Source: a virus
Taxonomy: Duplodnaviria; Heunggongvirae; Uroviricota; Caudoviricetes
Reading direction: 5' to 3' (one strand)
IMG/VR virus record: IMGVR_UViG_3300017971_000019
Coordinates: 1-64,000 of that record
Length of the DNA: 64,000 nt
Shown: positions 16,217 through 24,492 of the stretch, in pieces
Layout: the number at the start of each line of letters is the position of its first letter
Position numbering within the stretch: the stretch's first letter is position 1
Made by a program: the position numbers and the translations under genes
The notes under the pieces: generated by a model
Database searches by the model: none
What the model was told of the DNA's origin: nothing
The model's input: the letters and a program-made list of their open reading frames with translations, nothing else

Positions 16217-17701
16217 ATGCGCTGGGTAGTCCTTCTCCTTCTGGTCCTCTGGCCGCAGCACGGGACGACGCCAGGAACATCTCACGGAAAGCCTGGTGGC
16301 CCGCCAGAAGACATCACAGCGTCTACTACGTCGTCGTCAGTCTACGACTCTGCCACCGCGATCTGGTGCTTCAACGACAACACCGACCTCGGTGATGACT
16401 GTGCCAGTGATGAGGCCACCTACGACCTGACCCCGGTCAACACCCCAACGGCGACTGGCGGGGCTCTCGGATATGCCCTCGCCAACGATGGCACGGAGGG
16501 CAAGAGAGCCGCCGCCGCAGACTCAGCCACACTCTCTGCCGCCGGGGGGAGCTTCACTGCCTGCTTCTGGACCGTGAACGACAACCCCAACGACAACGAC
16601 TTCTACATCGGGAAGGACGACTGGGGCTCGCAGAGGGAATGGCACTTCAGGAACGATGGGCTCCAGCCTGCGATCTACTACAGCAGGAGCTGCAACAGCT
16701 TCGAGGACAGCGCTAGCACTGGCGTGAACCTCGTTGCTGGTGAGCGGAACTTCGTCTGTGGTTGGTATGACTCTTCCACCAAGAAGGGCACTGCATGGGT
16801 GAACGGGACGGAGGGCAACACCGGCTCCGCGATGGCGACCGACATGGGGGACTGCACCAGCGACTTCGTGGCGGGGGATGCCGAGACCGCAGGGTCTAAC
16901 CGAGACCCGATTGAGGGCACCGTGGGCCCGGTCTACTGGTGGAAGGGTGAGGTGGTGGCGGACGCCACCCTCGACCTGCTCTACAACTCTGGGAAGGGCA
17001 TGACCTGCGAGGACGCCGCAGCGGTGGACACCATGACCGCCTGCTGGGATCTTGACGAAGACCCATCAGGGGGTGCCGGGGCGTACAAGGACTCAGTCGG
17101 CTCTGAGGACATGTCCCCAGAGGGTACTCCTCTGCAAGTCGCTGGGCTGGTGGAGCGGAGTGACTCGGGGATGGGTGCAAACACCCCAACAGCGTCTGGA
17201 CAACGATTTACTATTGCCGATGCGGTGTGGAATTACCCCGGAACGGGTTCCTTTTCGTTCACCTTCTGGTTCAGCGCAGAGGATTTGCCTGCATCCACAT
17301 ACTTCATCCCGATCTCTAAGGGGAATGGGTGGGAGTATCAAGCCACAGCGGGGTATGGTGTTGATAGGATAAATTGTCAGTTCATTGACAATGGGCCAAA
17401 CACAATCACCGCAGGCCCAATTGACTACACCCCAGAAGAGTGGCACTTCGTTGCCTGTGTCCTCGATGCTACGACCGGGAAGGTCAAGATTTCCGTTGAT
17501 GGCTCGGACTTCACAGTCAGCGCAGCCACGTCAAACGGAACCATTCGAGACAGCACGCAAACCATCTCTATTGGAGCATCAAATACAACATTCAGCGGAG
17601 TGCTGGACAACGTAGCCTTTTTCAAAGGCACGGCTCTCACGCAGGAAGACGTGACAGCACTCTACGCCGCAGGCGAGGGCCTCTTCTACCCGGAGTCTTA
17701 G
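16217..17701 (+). CDS. protein with two tandem concanavalin-A/LamG-like domains and a signal-peptide-like N-terminus (494 aa)
   Basis: GGGAGG ribosome-binding site before the ATG at 16217. The N-terminus MRWVVLLLLVLWP is hydrophobic. Two blocks show LamG-type patterns (W.H.a.v.D...k.Y.DG; ...LDNVAFFKGTALTQEDV). Confidence 0.7.
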   Translation: MRWVVLLLLVLWPQHGTTPGTSHGKPGGPPEDITASTTSSSVYDSATAIWCFNDNTDLGDDCASDEATYDLTPVNTPTATGGALGYALANDGTEGKRAAAADSATLSAAGGSFTACFWTVNDNPNDNDFYIGKDDWGSQREWHFRNDGLQPAIYYSRSCNSFEDSASTGVNLVAGERNFVCGWYDSSTKKGTAWVNGTEGNTGSAMATDMGDCTSDFVAGDAETAGSNRDPIEGTVGPVYWWKGEVVADATLDLLYNSGKGMTCEDAAAVDTMTACWDLDEDPSGGAGAYKDSVGSEDMSPEGTPLQVAGLVERSDSGMGANTPTASGQRFTIADAVWNYPGTGSFSFTFWFSAEDLPASTYFIPISKGNGWEYQATAGYGVDRINCQFIDNGPNTITAGPIDYTPEEWHFVACVLDATTGKVKISVDGSDFTVSAATSNGTIRDSTQTISIGASNTTFSGVLDNVAFFKGTALTQEDVTALYAAGEGLFYPES

Positions 17702-17874
17702 TGAACTGCTGCATCTGCGGGAACCAGGACAACGCCGTAGAGTGGTGCTCGATCTGTGAGCACTTCTTCTGCGGCGGTTGCCGTTGGAGCCTGTTTCATC
17801 GTGGCCGAGACGCATTGAAGCAGTGGCTTCTGAAGAAGCCGCCGAAGCACTGTAATCACAAGGGGGAGAGATGA
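17701..17874 (+). CDS. small Cys-rich protein (57 aa, GTG start; CxxC x3)
   Basis: Reading frame is open. The start overlaps the upstream stop and the stop overlaps the downstream ATG. Confidence 0.35.
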   Translation: MNCCICGNQDNAVEWCSICEHFFCGGCRWSLFHRGRDALKQWLLKKPPKHCNHKGER

Positions 17875-19181
17875 TCGAAGTAAATCCACCAGCCGTAGCC
17901 CCAGACGAGGCCGATGATCGCCTAGAGAAGTACGCGACTCCTTTGCAGTGGACCTGGTACTTGAAGTGGGTCGAGCACGGATCGTACTCCGCAGCCGCAC
18001 GCGATGTCGGCGCGGACGGCACGACTCTTCGGCGTGGGATCCGCTCCATCTACAAGAAGGCTGCTCAGCAGGGCTACGCGCCCCACCACGGCCTTGTACA
18101 CGAGGTCCCCGAGGGAATGACCTCCAAGGGCACCTCAGTGCTCTACGACGGAGATGGTGAGGTCCAGGGGTACTGGAACAAGACCACGCGCCAGGGGAAG
18201 GAGCCGGACGAGGCAATCCAGCTTCCAGACGGCGTGGCCGTGAAGGTCTCCACCCTCTACGACAACGCTGGGAGGGTACAGCAGCAGTGGGTCCAGGAGA
18301 GGCCAGAAGACAGGGACCGCATCGAGATCTGGACCGAGATTGCGAAGGAGCTTGCCAAGAAGATTGAGCCCCTTCCGCAGATCTCCAGCCCTGGTCAGCA
18401 CATGGACTCTGACCTATTCGTGGGCTATCCGGTGAGCGACCTACATCTAGGGATGCTCTCGTGGGACAGGGAGACTGGGGACGACTGGGACATCAAGATC
18501 GGTGAGGAGATGCTCAACAAGTCCATCGCCTACCTTGTCTCTGCGGCGCCGAAGTCTGACGAGGCCCTCATCGCCTTCATGGGCGACTTCATGCACTACG
18601 ACTCGTTCGACACAGTGACGCCGACTCAGAGGAACCTCCTCGACGCGGACGGGCGCTACCCGAAGATGGTCCGAGCCGCAATCAGGGCGATGCGCAATAC
18701 CATCGAGGAAGTGGCGAAGAAGCACCGTGTGGTGAGGGTGATCATCGAGATCGGGAACCACGACCTGTCGTCCTCGATCTTCCTCGCGGAGGCGATGCAC
18801 GCTCTCTACGAGAACACTCCGCGCATCTTCATCGACACGAGCCCGATGCACTTCCACTACGCCGAGTACGGGAAGGTTCTCATCGGAACTCACCACGGGC
18901 ATGGTGTGAAGATGGACAAGCTCCCCGGCCTGATGGCATCTGATCAGCACGAGGCATGGGGGCGTACAGAGCACCGTGTGTGGTGGACAGGGCACATCCA
19001 CCACACCCAGATCCACGAGTTCCCAGGCTGCAACGTCGAGAGCTTCCGCGTTCTCGCTCCAAAGGACGCCTGGCACCACCAGCGCGGCTACCGCGCAGCC
19101 AGAGACCTGAAGGCCATCGTGTTCCACAAGGATTACGGTGAGGTCTCTAGGCTGACGGTGAACCCGGAGATGTTCAGGTAG
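17871..19181 (+). CDS. calcineurin-like metallophosphoesterase with an N-terminal domain of unknown function (436 aa)
   Basis: Metallophosphatase motifs GDFMHYD and IEIGNHD (GNHD/E), and a histidine-rich THHGHG...HIHH region. Confidence 0.7.
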   Translation: MIEVNPPAVAPDEADDRLEKYATPLQWTWYLKWVEHGSYSAAARDVGADGTTLRRGIRSIYKKAAQQGYAPHHGLVHEVPEGMTSKGTSVLYDGDGEVQGYWNKTTRQGKEPDEAIQLPDGVAVKVSTLYDNAGRVQQQWVQERPEDRDRIEIWTEIAKELAKKIEPLPQISSPGQHMDSDLFVGYPVSDLHLGMLSWDRETGDDWDIKIGEEMLNKSIAYLVSAAPKSDEALIAFMGDFMHYDSFDTVTPTQRNLLDADGRYPKMVRAAIRAMRNTIEEVAKKHRVVRVIIEIGNHDLSSSIFLAEAMHALYENTPRIFIDTSPMHFHYAEYGKVLIGTHHGHGVKMDKLPGLMASDQHEAWGRTEHRVWWTGHIHHTQIHEFPGCNVESFRVLAPKDAWHHQRGYRAARDLKAIVFHKDYGEVSRLTVNPEMFR

Positions 19182-19735
19182 TGGAACTCTTCCAACTCAT
19201 CGCCGGGTTCTTCCAGCACCTCACGTCCTGGCTTCCTCGTCCATTCCTCTTGAACGTGACAGAGCGTGGGGTGCTGTTCCGGCGCGGCCAGGAGCCAAGG
19301 CTCCTAGAGCCAGGATTCCATTGGCACATGCCGTTGATGTCCAGCTACGAGCGCATCAGCATCCTGAAGGACGCGACGGAGTTCGAGCCGGTGGTGCTAC
19401 CGACGGAAGACGGGAAGACCATAGCCATCGGGTTCGTGATCGTCTGGCACATCAGGCCGGACAACGTGATCAGGTCTGTGACCACTTCCGACGACATCAC
19501 GGCGATGGTAGGGGAGGTTGGGGAGAGCCTTCTCCCGCCCCTGGTCATGCAGTACAGCTTCAGCGAACTCCAGAAGAGGATCAGGGGAGGGAGGAACCTG
19601 ATCACCGTAAACGATTCCCTCACACAGTCTGCCCAGGATATGCTTGAGGAGTACGGGGTGACTGTGGATAGAGCACGAATCAACTTCCTGGCTCCAGCGA
19701 GGGTGCTCAAGCACATCAACAACCCTCTAATGTGA
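19181..19735 (+). CDS. SPFH/band-7 (stomatin/prohibitin-like) domain protein (184 aa, GTG start)
   Basis: Hydrophobic N-terminus followed by V.ERGVLFRRG..P..LEPGFHW..P....ISIL, a pattern typical of SPFH domains. Confidence 0.5.
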   Translation: MELFQLIAGFFQHLTSWLPRPFLLNVTERGVLFRRGQEPRLLEPGFHWHMPLMSSYERISILKDATEFEPVVLPTEDGKTIAIGFVIVWHIRPDNVIRSVTTSDDITAMVGEVGESLLPPLVMQYSFSELQKRIRGGRNLITVNDSLTQSAQDMLEEYGVTVDRARINFLAPARVLKHINNPLM

Positions 19736-19742
19736 GGCCATC

Positions 19743-20783
19743 ATGCCCAGCCCAGCAGAGAACTACCTAGCGAGCTTCCCACCGGACGAACAGCAGAAGA
19801 TCCGCGACTCGTGGGGTGGGCAGGACCGTCTCCAGGAGTGGTTTGACAACGCGTATCGTGCGAACGCTGTAGACGCGCAGGGAAACTCGACCGTTGGGAC
19901 CGGGGTGACCTCTCCGGGATCTGGGCATTCGCTACAGAGCACAGCAGACGTGACCGGGATGCGTGCGGCGGCACGCGAGGCGGGGATGTCCGAGGACTTC
20001 GACCGCTTCGATGAGGAGACCCTTCAGAGGTGGGAGCAGTTCAGGGATCCGAAGTGCCCTCCGAAGTTCCCCTACCGACAGGACAAGCAGCACGCGACCC
20101 AGAACCGCTTCTCCTACCAGGAGAACGCGTGCGTCGAGAAGCCAATCGACACAGGCGGCGTCATCCAGGACCAGAGCGGGAACTGGATCCAGAACCCGGA
20201 GGGCCAGCCCGGTCAGCAGGGCGCGAACCCGTCCAGCAAGATGGCAAAGGCTCCGCCGCCACCGAAGCCGACAACGTTCGGTGGTGCCGGCGACATCACC
20301 TACACCGGCAACCCTCTCGTGGACAACCTGATCTACCAGTTCAACACCCAGAGGCAGCTTGGAGACACCGGGCAGAACAACCTGAATATCTTCGGGATGC
20401 GCAACGAGAGAACTGCCGATCCGAGCAACGTAAACAACGATCCGCAGAACATCAAGGGCCAGCTTCTTAAGGGCGGTGGGATGTGGTGGACGGACGCCAA
20501 CCAGGCGAAGGACGTGTTCCAGGGCTGGCGTGTTGGACAGCAGCAGCAGCAGAAGAAGAAGAAGAAGGCCGGCGGCGGAGGCGGGAGCGTTGGCTACTCG
20601 ACGCAGCCGGCGACAACACAGCCGGCGCCAGCCCCACAGCCGGCGCAGACCAAGGCTCCGAACGTGAACCCGCTGAACGAGACGCCTGGGTACGAGAACG
20701 CGAACAAGAACGTGAAGGTCCCGCAGTACAAGTCGAACCTCCTAGAGGAGCGCAAGTCCGGGTACGGGTTCAACTACAGGTAG
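19743..20783 (+). CDS. Gly/Gln/Pro-rich low-complexity protein (346 aa)
   Basis: ORF track. Contains a (CAG)5(AAG)5 homocodon run at 20541-20570 and a GGGGG stretch. Confidence 0.55.
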   Translation: MPSPAENYLASFPPDEQQKIRDSWGGQDRLQEWFDNAYRANAVDAQGNSTVGTGVTSPGSGHSLQSTADVTGMRAAAREAGMSEDFDRFDEETLQRWEQFRDPKCPPKFPYRQDKQHATQNRFSYQENACVEKPIDTGGVIQDQSGNWIQNPEGQPGQQGANPSSKMAKAPPPPKPTTFGGAGDITYTGNPLVDNLIYQFNTQRQLGDTGQNNLNIFGMRNERTADPSNVNNDPQNIKGQLLKGGGMWWTDANQAKDVFQGWRVGQQQQQKKKKKAGGGGGSVGYSTQPATTQPAPAPQPAQTKAPNVNPLNETPGYENANKNVKVPQYKSNLLEERKSGYGFNYR

Positions 20784-20792
20784 GAGGCCACC

Positions 20793-21113
20793 ATGGCCAG
20801 CAAGATCTCTGACCACCTCACCGAGATGTCTGAGAAGGGGCACTTGAAGAAGCCCTCCATGCAGATCTCGGCGTACGTCTCTTCAGAGAGTGGCCTCGCG
20901 CAGCCAGATGACGACTGGGAACTGAAGTACGCGAAGAAGGATAAGGCGGTGTTGACAAAGGAGATACAATTCCTTCGTGGACAACTTCGCAACTTCGACC
21001 CGGAGGCGGCGGCTCGTAAGGTGAAGCGTGCAATGAAGAAGGAACTCGCGTCAAAGAGGGCCCGCCTGGCCGAGTGCAACGCTCGGATCGACGCGTTCAA
21101 GGAATACCAGTAG
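20793..21113 (+). CDS. hypothetical coiled-coil protein (106 aa)
   Basis: ORF track. GGAGG ribosome-binding site. Confidence 0.5.
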   Translation: MASKISDHLTEMSEKGHLKKPSMQISAYVSSESGLAQPDDDWELKYAKKDKAVLTKEIQFLRGQLRNFDPEAAARKVKRAMKKELASKRARLAECNARIDAFKEYQ

Positions 21114-21123
21114 AGGAGAGCAA

Positions 21124-22212
21124 ATGGGTATCGCAGAGGCCATCGCTGCCGAGTCCGACGAGACTCTAGGCACAAGTGAAGAGCCGGATGAGACCGGGAC
21201 GGATGTCGTCTCCGAAGACGACGACACCGTAGTCGAAGAGGACGACGACACCGTAGTCGAAGAAGACGACGACATCGAAGAGGACGACGACGACGAGGTA
21301 GACGACTGGGACACGGACCCGTCCGAGGACGAAGACGAAGAGGACGACGAGGACGACGAACAGAAGCTCGTCGCCCAGGAGGCTGAGGAGGAGGAGGGCT
21401 CCAACGTAGACCCGCTGGAGAACCTCACAGCAGAAGAGATCGCTGCGATCAACGCCAACCCTGCGCTGAAGAAGCTCAAGCGGGCGATCATGCGCGGGTA
21501 CAACGAGAGGGTCAAGCAGGACGCAGAGCTACTCCAGCTAGGCGCGGCCTACAAGAGCGACCCAGTTGGGACAGTGCAAACCCTCGCACGCGCCCACGGG
21601 ATGTCCATCCAGGAAGCGACAGAGATGGCTCAGGCCGGTGCTGCGGCGGCAGACCAACAGCAGGGCAGCGCTGGCAACGCCATGGAGCAAGCCGGGAAGG
21701 AACTCGAAGCCCTCTTCGGTGAGAAGATCGGCCCCCGTGTTCGTTCCGTCTTCGAGAGGTGGGCAGATGCTCGCTTCGGTGACGCGCTCCAGCCTGTGGA
21801 ACAGGTGGTTGGCCAACTCACAAGCACCCAGGAAGCTCAGCGCATGATGAGCGAGGAGCAGTCGTTCAAGGAGCGCCACAAGGATATCCTCACTCCAGAA
21901 CTGGAGCGGAAGGTCATCGAACTCGGCTCCAGCGGGATGATCGTGCCTGGCGAGAAGATGACCCCTGCCGAGTACCTCGACACCCTTCTCGACGTGGCCA
22001 TCGCGAGGAACGTGAAGTCGGAGGGTGCGAACGCCGGAAGGAACGCGGCGAGGAGGCTCGCGAAGAAGGTCAGGCGCAACCGTTCCGACCAGGAGCCATC
22101 TGGTGTATCCTCGAAGGCGAGGATGAGCAAGAAGTCACGCGTGAGCGAAGCGGGCAGCATCAGCGAGGCGCTCGACATCGCAGACGCAGAGCTTTCCGCA
22201 GAAAGCCTCTAG
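21124..22212 (+). CDS. putative scaffolding protein (362 aa; poly-acidic N-terminus followed by a helical region)
   Basis: Sits immediately upstream of the capsid gene. Has a long D/E run (EDDDTVVEEDDD...) and a coiled-coil-like remainder. Confidence 0.5.
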   Translation: MGIAEAIAAESDETLGTSEEPDETGTDVVSEDDDTVVEEDDDTVVEEDDDIEEDDDDEVDDWDTDPSEDEDEEDDEDDEQKLVAQEAEEEEGSNVDPLENLTAEEIAAINANPALKKLKRAIMRGYNERVKQDAELLQLGAAYKSDPVGTVQTLARAHGMSIQEATEMAQAGAAAADQQQGSAGNAMEQAGKELEALFGEKIGPRVRSVFERWADARFGDALQPVEQVVGQLTSTQEAQRMMSEEQSFKERHKDILTPELERKVIELGSSGMIVPGEKMTPAEYLDTLLDVAIARNVKSEGANAGRNAARRLAKKVRRNRSDQEPSGVSSKARMSKKSRVSEAGSISEALDIADAELSAESL

Positions 22213-22230
22213 GTCTCTCCCCCCAGCCGT

Positions 22231-22272
22231 GGGGCGGGTCAGGGTTCTCGGTCCCCTGGCCCGCCCTTTTTT
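22231..22272 (+). terminator. intrinsic terminator: GGGCGGGTCAGGG...CCCTGGCCCGCCC hairpin followed by T7
   Basis: Perfect 13-bp GC-rich stem followed by TTTTTTT, directly after the stop of the scaffold gene. Confidence 0.8.
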
Positions 22273-22278
22273 TGGGTC

Positions 22279-22307
22279 TTGACTTTTGTATACCTTTTTG
22301 TATAGGT
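22279..22307 (+). promoter_or_regulatory. sigma70-like promoter: TTGACT, a 16-17 bp spacer, then TGtATAGGT; followed by a leader of about 215 nt to the capsid gene
   Basis: AT-rich island in a GC-rich genome. Contains a TTTGTATA direct repeat. Confidence 0.5.
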
Positions 22308-22522
22308 TCAGAAACTGAAGGTACGCGGACATAGCCTGCCAGTTGGCAATCGCCGCCGACATCCTCTTCGGAGGGGAAACGTAGAGCGGTAGGAGGCCGA
22401 CCGAGAAGCAAGGCGGAAACGCAGCGTGACCAAGGACAGTCGTTCCCTAGCGCCTATGGTCTCGTTGCGCAGTGCAATCCCCCATAGGCGGTTCGACCAA
22501 CCAATCTTTGGAGGATTGACAC

Positions 22523-23575
22523 ATGGCAGCAACAAGCATCACTCGCACGTACAACGCGAGGCTGACGGCGCTGCTCGACAAGATCCGCCCGGTCATCCAG
22601 AACCAGATCACCACCGCGAACCCGTTCTACTTCAAGTACAAGAAGTCCGGGAACTGGAAGACCGTTTCGACTCTTGGCGACCGCCTGCGCGTGCCTCTCA
22701 TGTACGAGTTCGCACCCGTGGACACCTTCGGCCCCAACGGCGTGGGCCAGGTGGACGTGACCCCAACCGATGGCCAGACTCCCGCCTTCTTCGAGTGGGC
22801 GCGTATGGCCTCCTCGATCACCATCGGTGACTTCGAGCGTGCCCAGAACAAGGGTGCCGCCCTCGATCTGCTCAAGAGCAAGACCGAGCAGGCGATGTCC
22901 GGTCTGGAAGATCGCTTCGGTCGCTGGCTGATGCAGGGTGAGGGCGCGAACGACACGTCCAGCATCACCACCGCTCGCACCAGCGCGGTCAACGGCTCGA
23001 CCTTTGTGGAGCCCATCCCGCTGATGATCAAGTACAGCCCCGCCACCACCTCGGTCGGATCCATCGACCCGGCATCCGAGACCTGGTGGAGGAACCAGGC
23101 GGTCTCGACCGCTTCCGGCACCTACGCGGCTCTGCTCAAGAACATCGACCACCTGATCAACCTCTGCTCCCAGAGCGCAGGACCCGGCCCCGACCTGTTC
23201 GTGGCCGACCTTCTGGGCTACGAGGTGATCTCGGCGGCTCTTCGTTCTCTCCAGCGTTTCGTGGACTACGAGGAAGTCTCCTTCCCGTGGAAGGCGATCC
23301 GCCTCAACGGCGCTCCGCTCTGCTTCGACCAGTTCGTTCCCGACGCACGGAACGGCAGCACCACGATCAGCACCGCTTCCACCCTGTACGCGGCCAACAC
23401 CAAGTACATGGGCGTGTCCGTGTACTCGGGCGCGGACTTCACCCCAGGCGAGTTCGTTCGTGCGCCGAACGGCACGGGCGAGACCTCGATCATCCAGTGG
23501 TACGGCGCCCACTGGATGAGCCGTCGTGACAAGCACGGCGTCCTCGGCATCAGCGACAACAGCATCACGAGCTAG
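22523..23575 (+). CDS. putative major capsid protein (350 aa)
   Basis: Has its own promoter, a GGAGGA ribosome-binding site and a terminator downstream. Follows the scaffold-like gene. Size is consistent with an HK97-fold coat protein. Confidence 0.6.
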   Translation: MAATSITRTYNARLTALLDKIRPVIQNQITTANPFYFKYKKSGNWKTVSTLGDRLRVPLMYEFAPVDTFGPNGVGQVDVTPTDGQTPAFFEWARMASSITIGDFERAQNKGAALDLLKSKTEQAMSGLEDRFGRWLMQGEGANDTSSITTARTSAVNGSTFVEPIPLMIKYSPATTSVGSIDPASETWWRNQAVSTASGTYAALLKNIDHLINLCSQSAGPGPDLFVADLLGYEVISAALRSLQRFVDYEEVSFPWKAIRLNGAPLCFDQFVPDARNGSTTISTASTLYAANTKYMGVSVYSGADFTPGEFVRAPNGTGETSIIQWYGAHWMSRRDKHGVLGISDNSITS

Positions 23576-23672
23576 CGCCCTCTAGGGGGGTAGGCAATAG
23601 TGCTGAGCCCCCCTTCACTCACTCATGGTGGCGTTAGTTCAGTGCGAGGCCACCGACAAAGGAGAACGTTCA

Positions 23673-24110
23673 ATGATCTTCAACAGCTTCCAGCGCGACG
23701 ACGACGACAAGGTCTTCACCATCGTCCGCAACGTGTCCGGGGCAACCCTGGCCGTCGGTGAGGCCTGCGTCTGGGATTCCGGCGCTTCCCGCGACGGCGT
23801 TCGCGTGACCCAGGCTGCGGCAACGACCCTGTGCCTCTTCCGAGGCATCGTGGCCGAGTCCCTCGCGGACTCCGCCTACGGCAAGGTCCAGGTCCACGGT
23901 CTGTTCACCGACGCGTCCGTCACCAACGACACCTCCATCTCCGTGGCAGCGGGCTCCCCGCTTCTCGCGGTGGCCTCTCAGGACTACCTGAAGCCGCTCA
24001 TCAACACCGCGACCGGCTACGAGGGCTTCGTGTACGCCGCAGAGGCCTACGCGGACAACACCTCGGTCGTGGCGGCGGCGGAGAAGGACGTGTTCATCCG
24101 CGCCCTGTAG
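23673..24110 (+). CDS. putative head decoration or minor capsid protein (145 aa)
   Basis: AAAGGAG ribosome-binding site before the ATG at 23673 (ORF-track start 23625 trimmed). Lies between the capsid gene and the terminator. Confidence 0.45.
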   Translation: MIFNSFQRDDDDKVFTIVRNVSGATLAVGEACVWDSGASRDGVRVTQAAATTLCLFRGIVAESLADSAYGKVQVHGLFTDASVTNDTSISVAAGSPLLAVASQDYLKPLINTATGYEGFVYAAEAYADNTSVVAAAEKDVFIRAL

Positions 24111-24153
24111 TCACGGCTACAAGAGGGCTTTCCGAAGGCCCAGTGGGGGTTCC

Positions 24154-24176
24154 GGCCCCTGCTGGGCCTTTCTTCG
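24154..24176 (+). terminator. intrinsic terminator-like hairpin GGCCCC-tgct-GGGCC followed by TTTCTTCG, with a TGcTAAAAT extended -10-like box at 24181-24189
   Basis: Read directly. The T-tract is imperfect. Confidence 0.5.
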
Positions 24177-24198
24177 TCCGTGCTAAAATGGCGGTGTT

Positions 24199-24492
24199 AT
24201 GAGCCTATCGAGTTCGGTCCAGGGTCACATGATCACGCTGGGAGTGGCTAGGACGGCACTCTCGACAAGCAATGTCCCCTGCCGGCAGATCACCATCCGA
24301 GCCCACGAAGGTACAGACGAGATGAGCATCGGGCTATCCGACGTGGATCCGGCAACCAGGTTCGGGTTCGTCTCTGATGGTGAGGCCTTCACCATCGGTC
24401 CCTTCAACGATGGCAGAGGGCTCAGGCCCAACGAGGTCTTCGTGGTCGGGACCGTTGGTGACAGGCTTACCTGGTTCGGGGAGAACGCATGA
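24199..24492 (+). CDS. small protein, paralog B of a duplicated family (97 aa)
   Basis: Its C-terminus (...FTIGPFNDGRGLRPNEVFVVGTVGDRLTWFGE) aligns with the product of 15916..16203. Confidence 0.6.
   Translation: MSLSSSVQGHMITLGVARTALSTSNVPCRQITIRAHEGTDEMSIGLSDVDPATRFGFVSDGEAFTIGPFNDGRGLRPNEVFVVGTVGDRLTWFGENA

Noticed and set aside
22454-23536. 360-aa minus-strand ORF antisense to the major capsid gene
   Set aside because: Antisense artifact with no ribosome-binding site. The capsid gene is supported by a promoter, a ribosome-binding site and a terminator.
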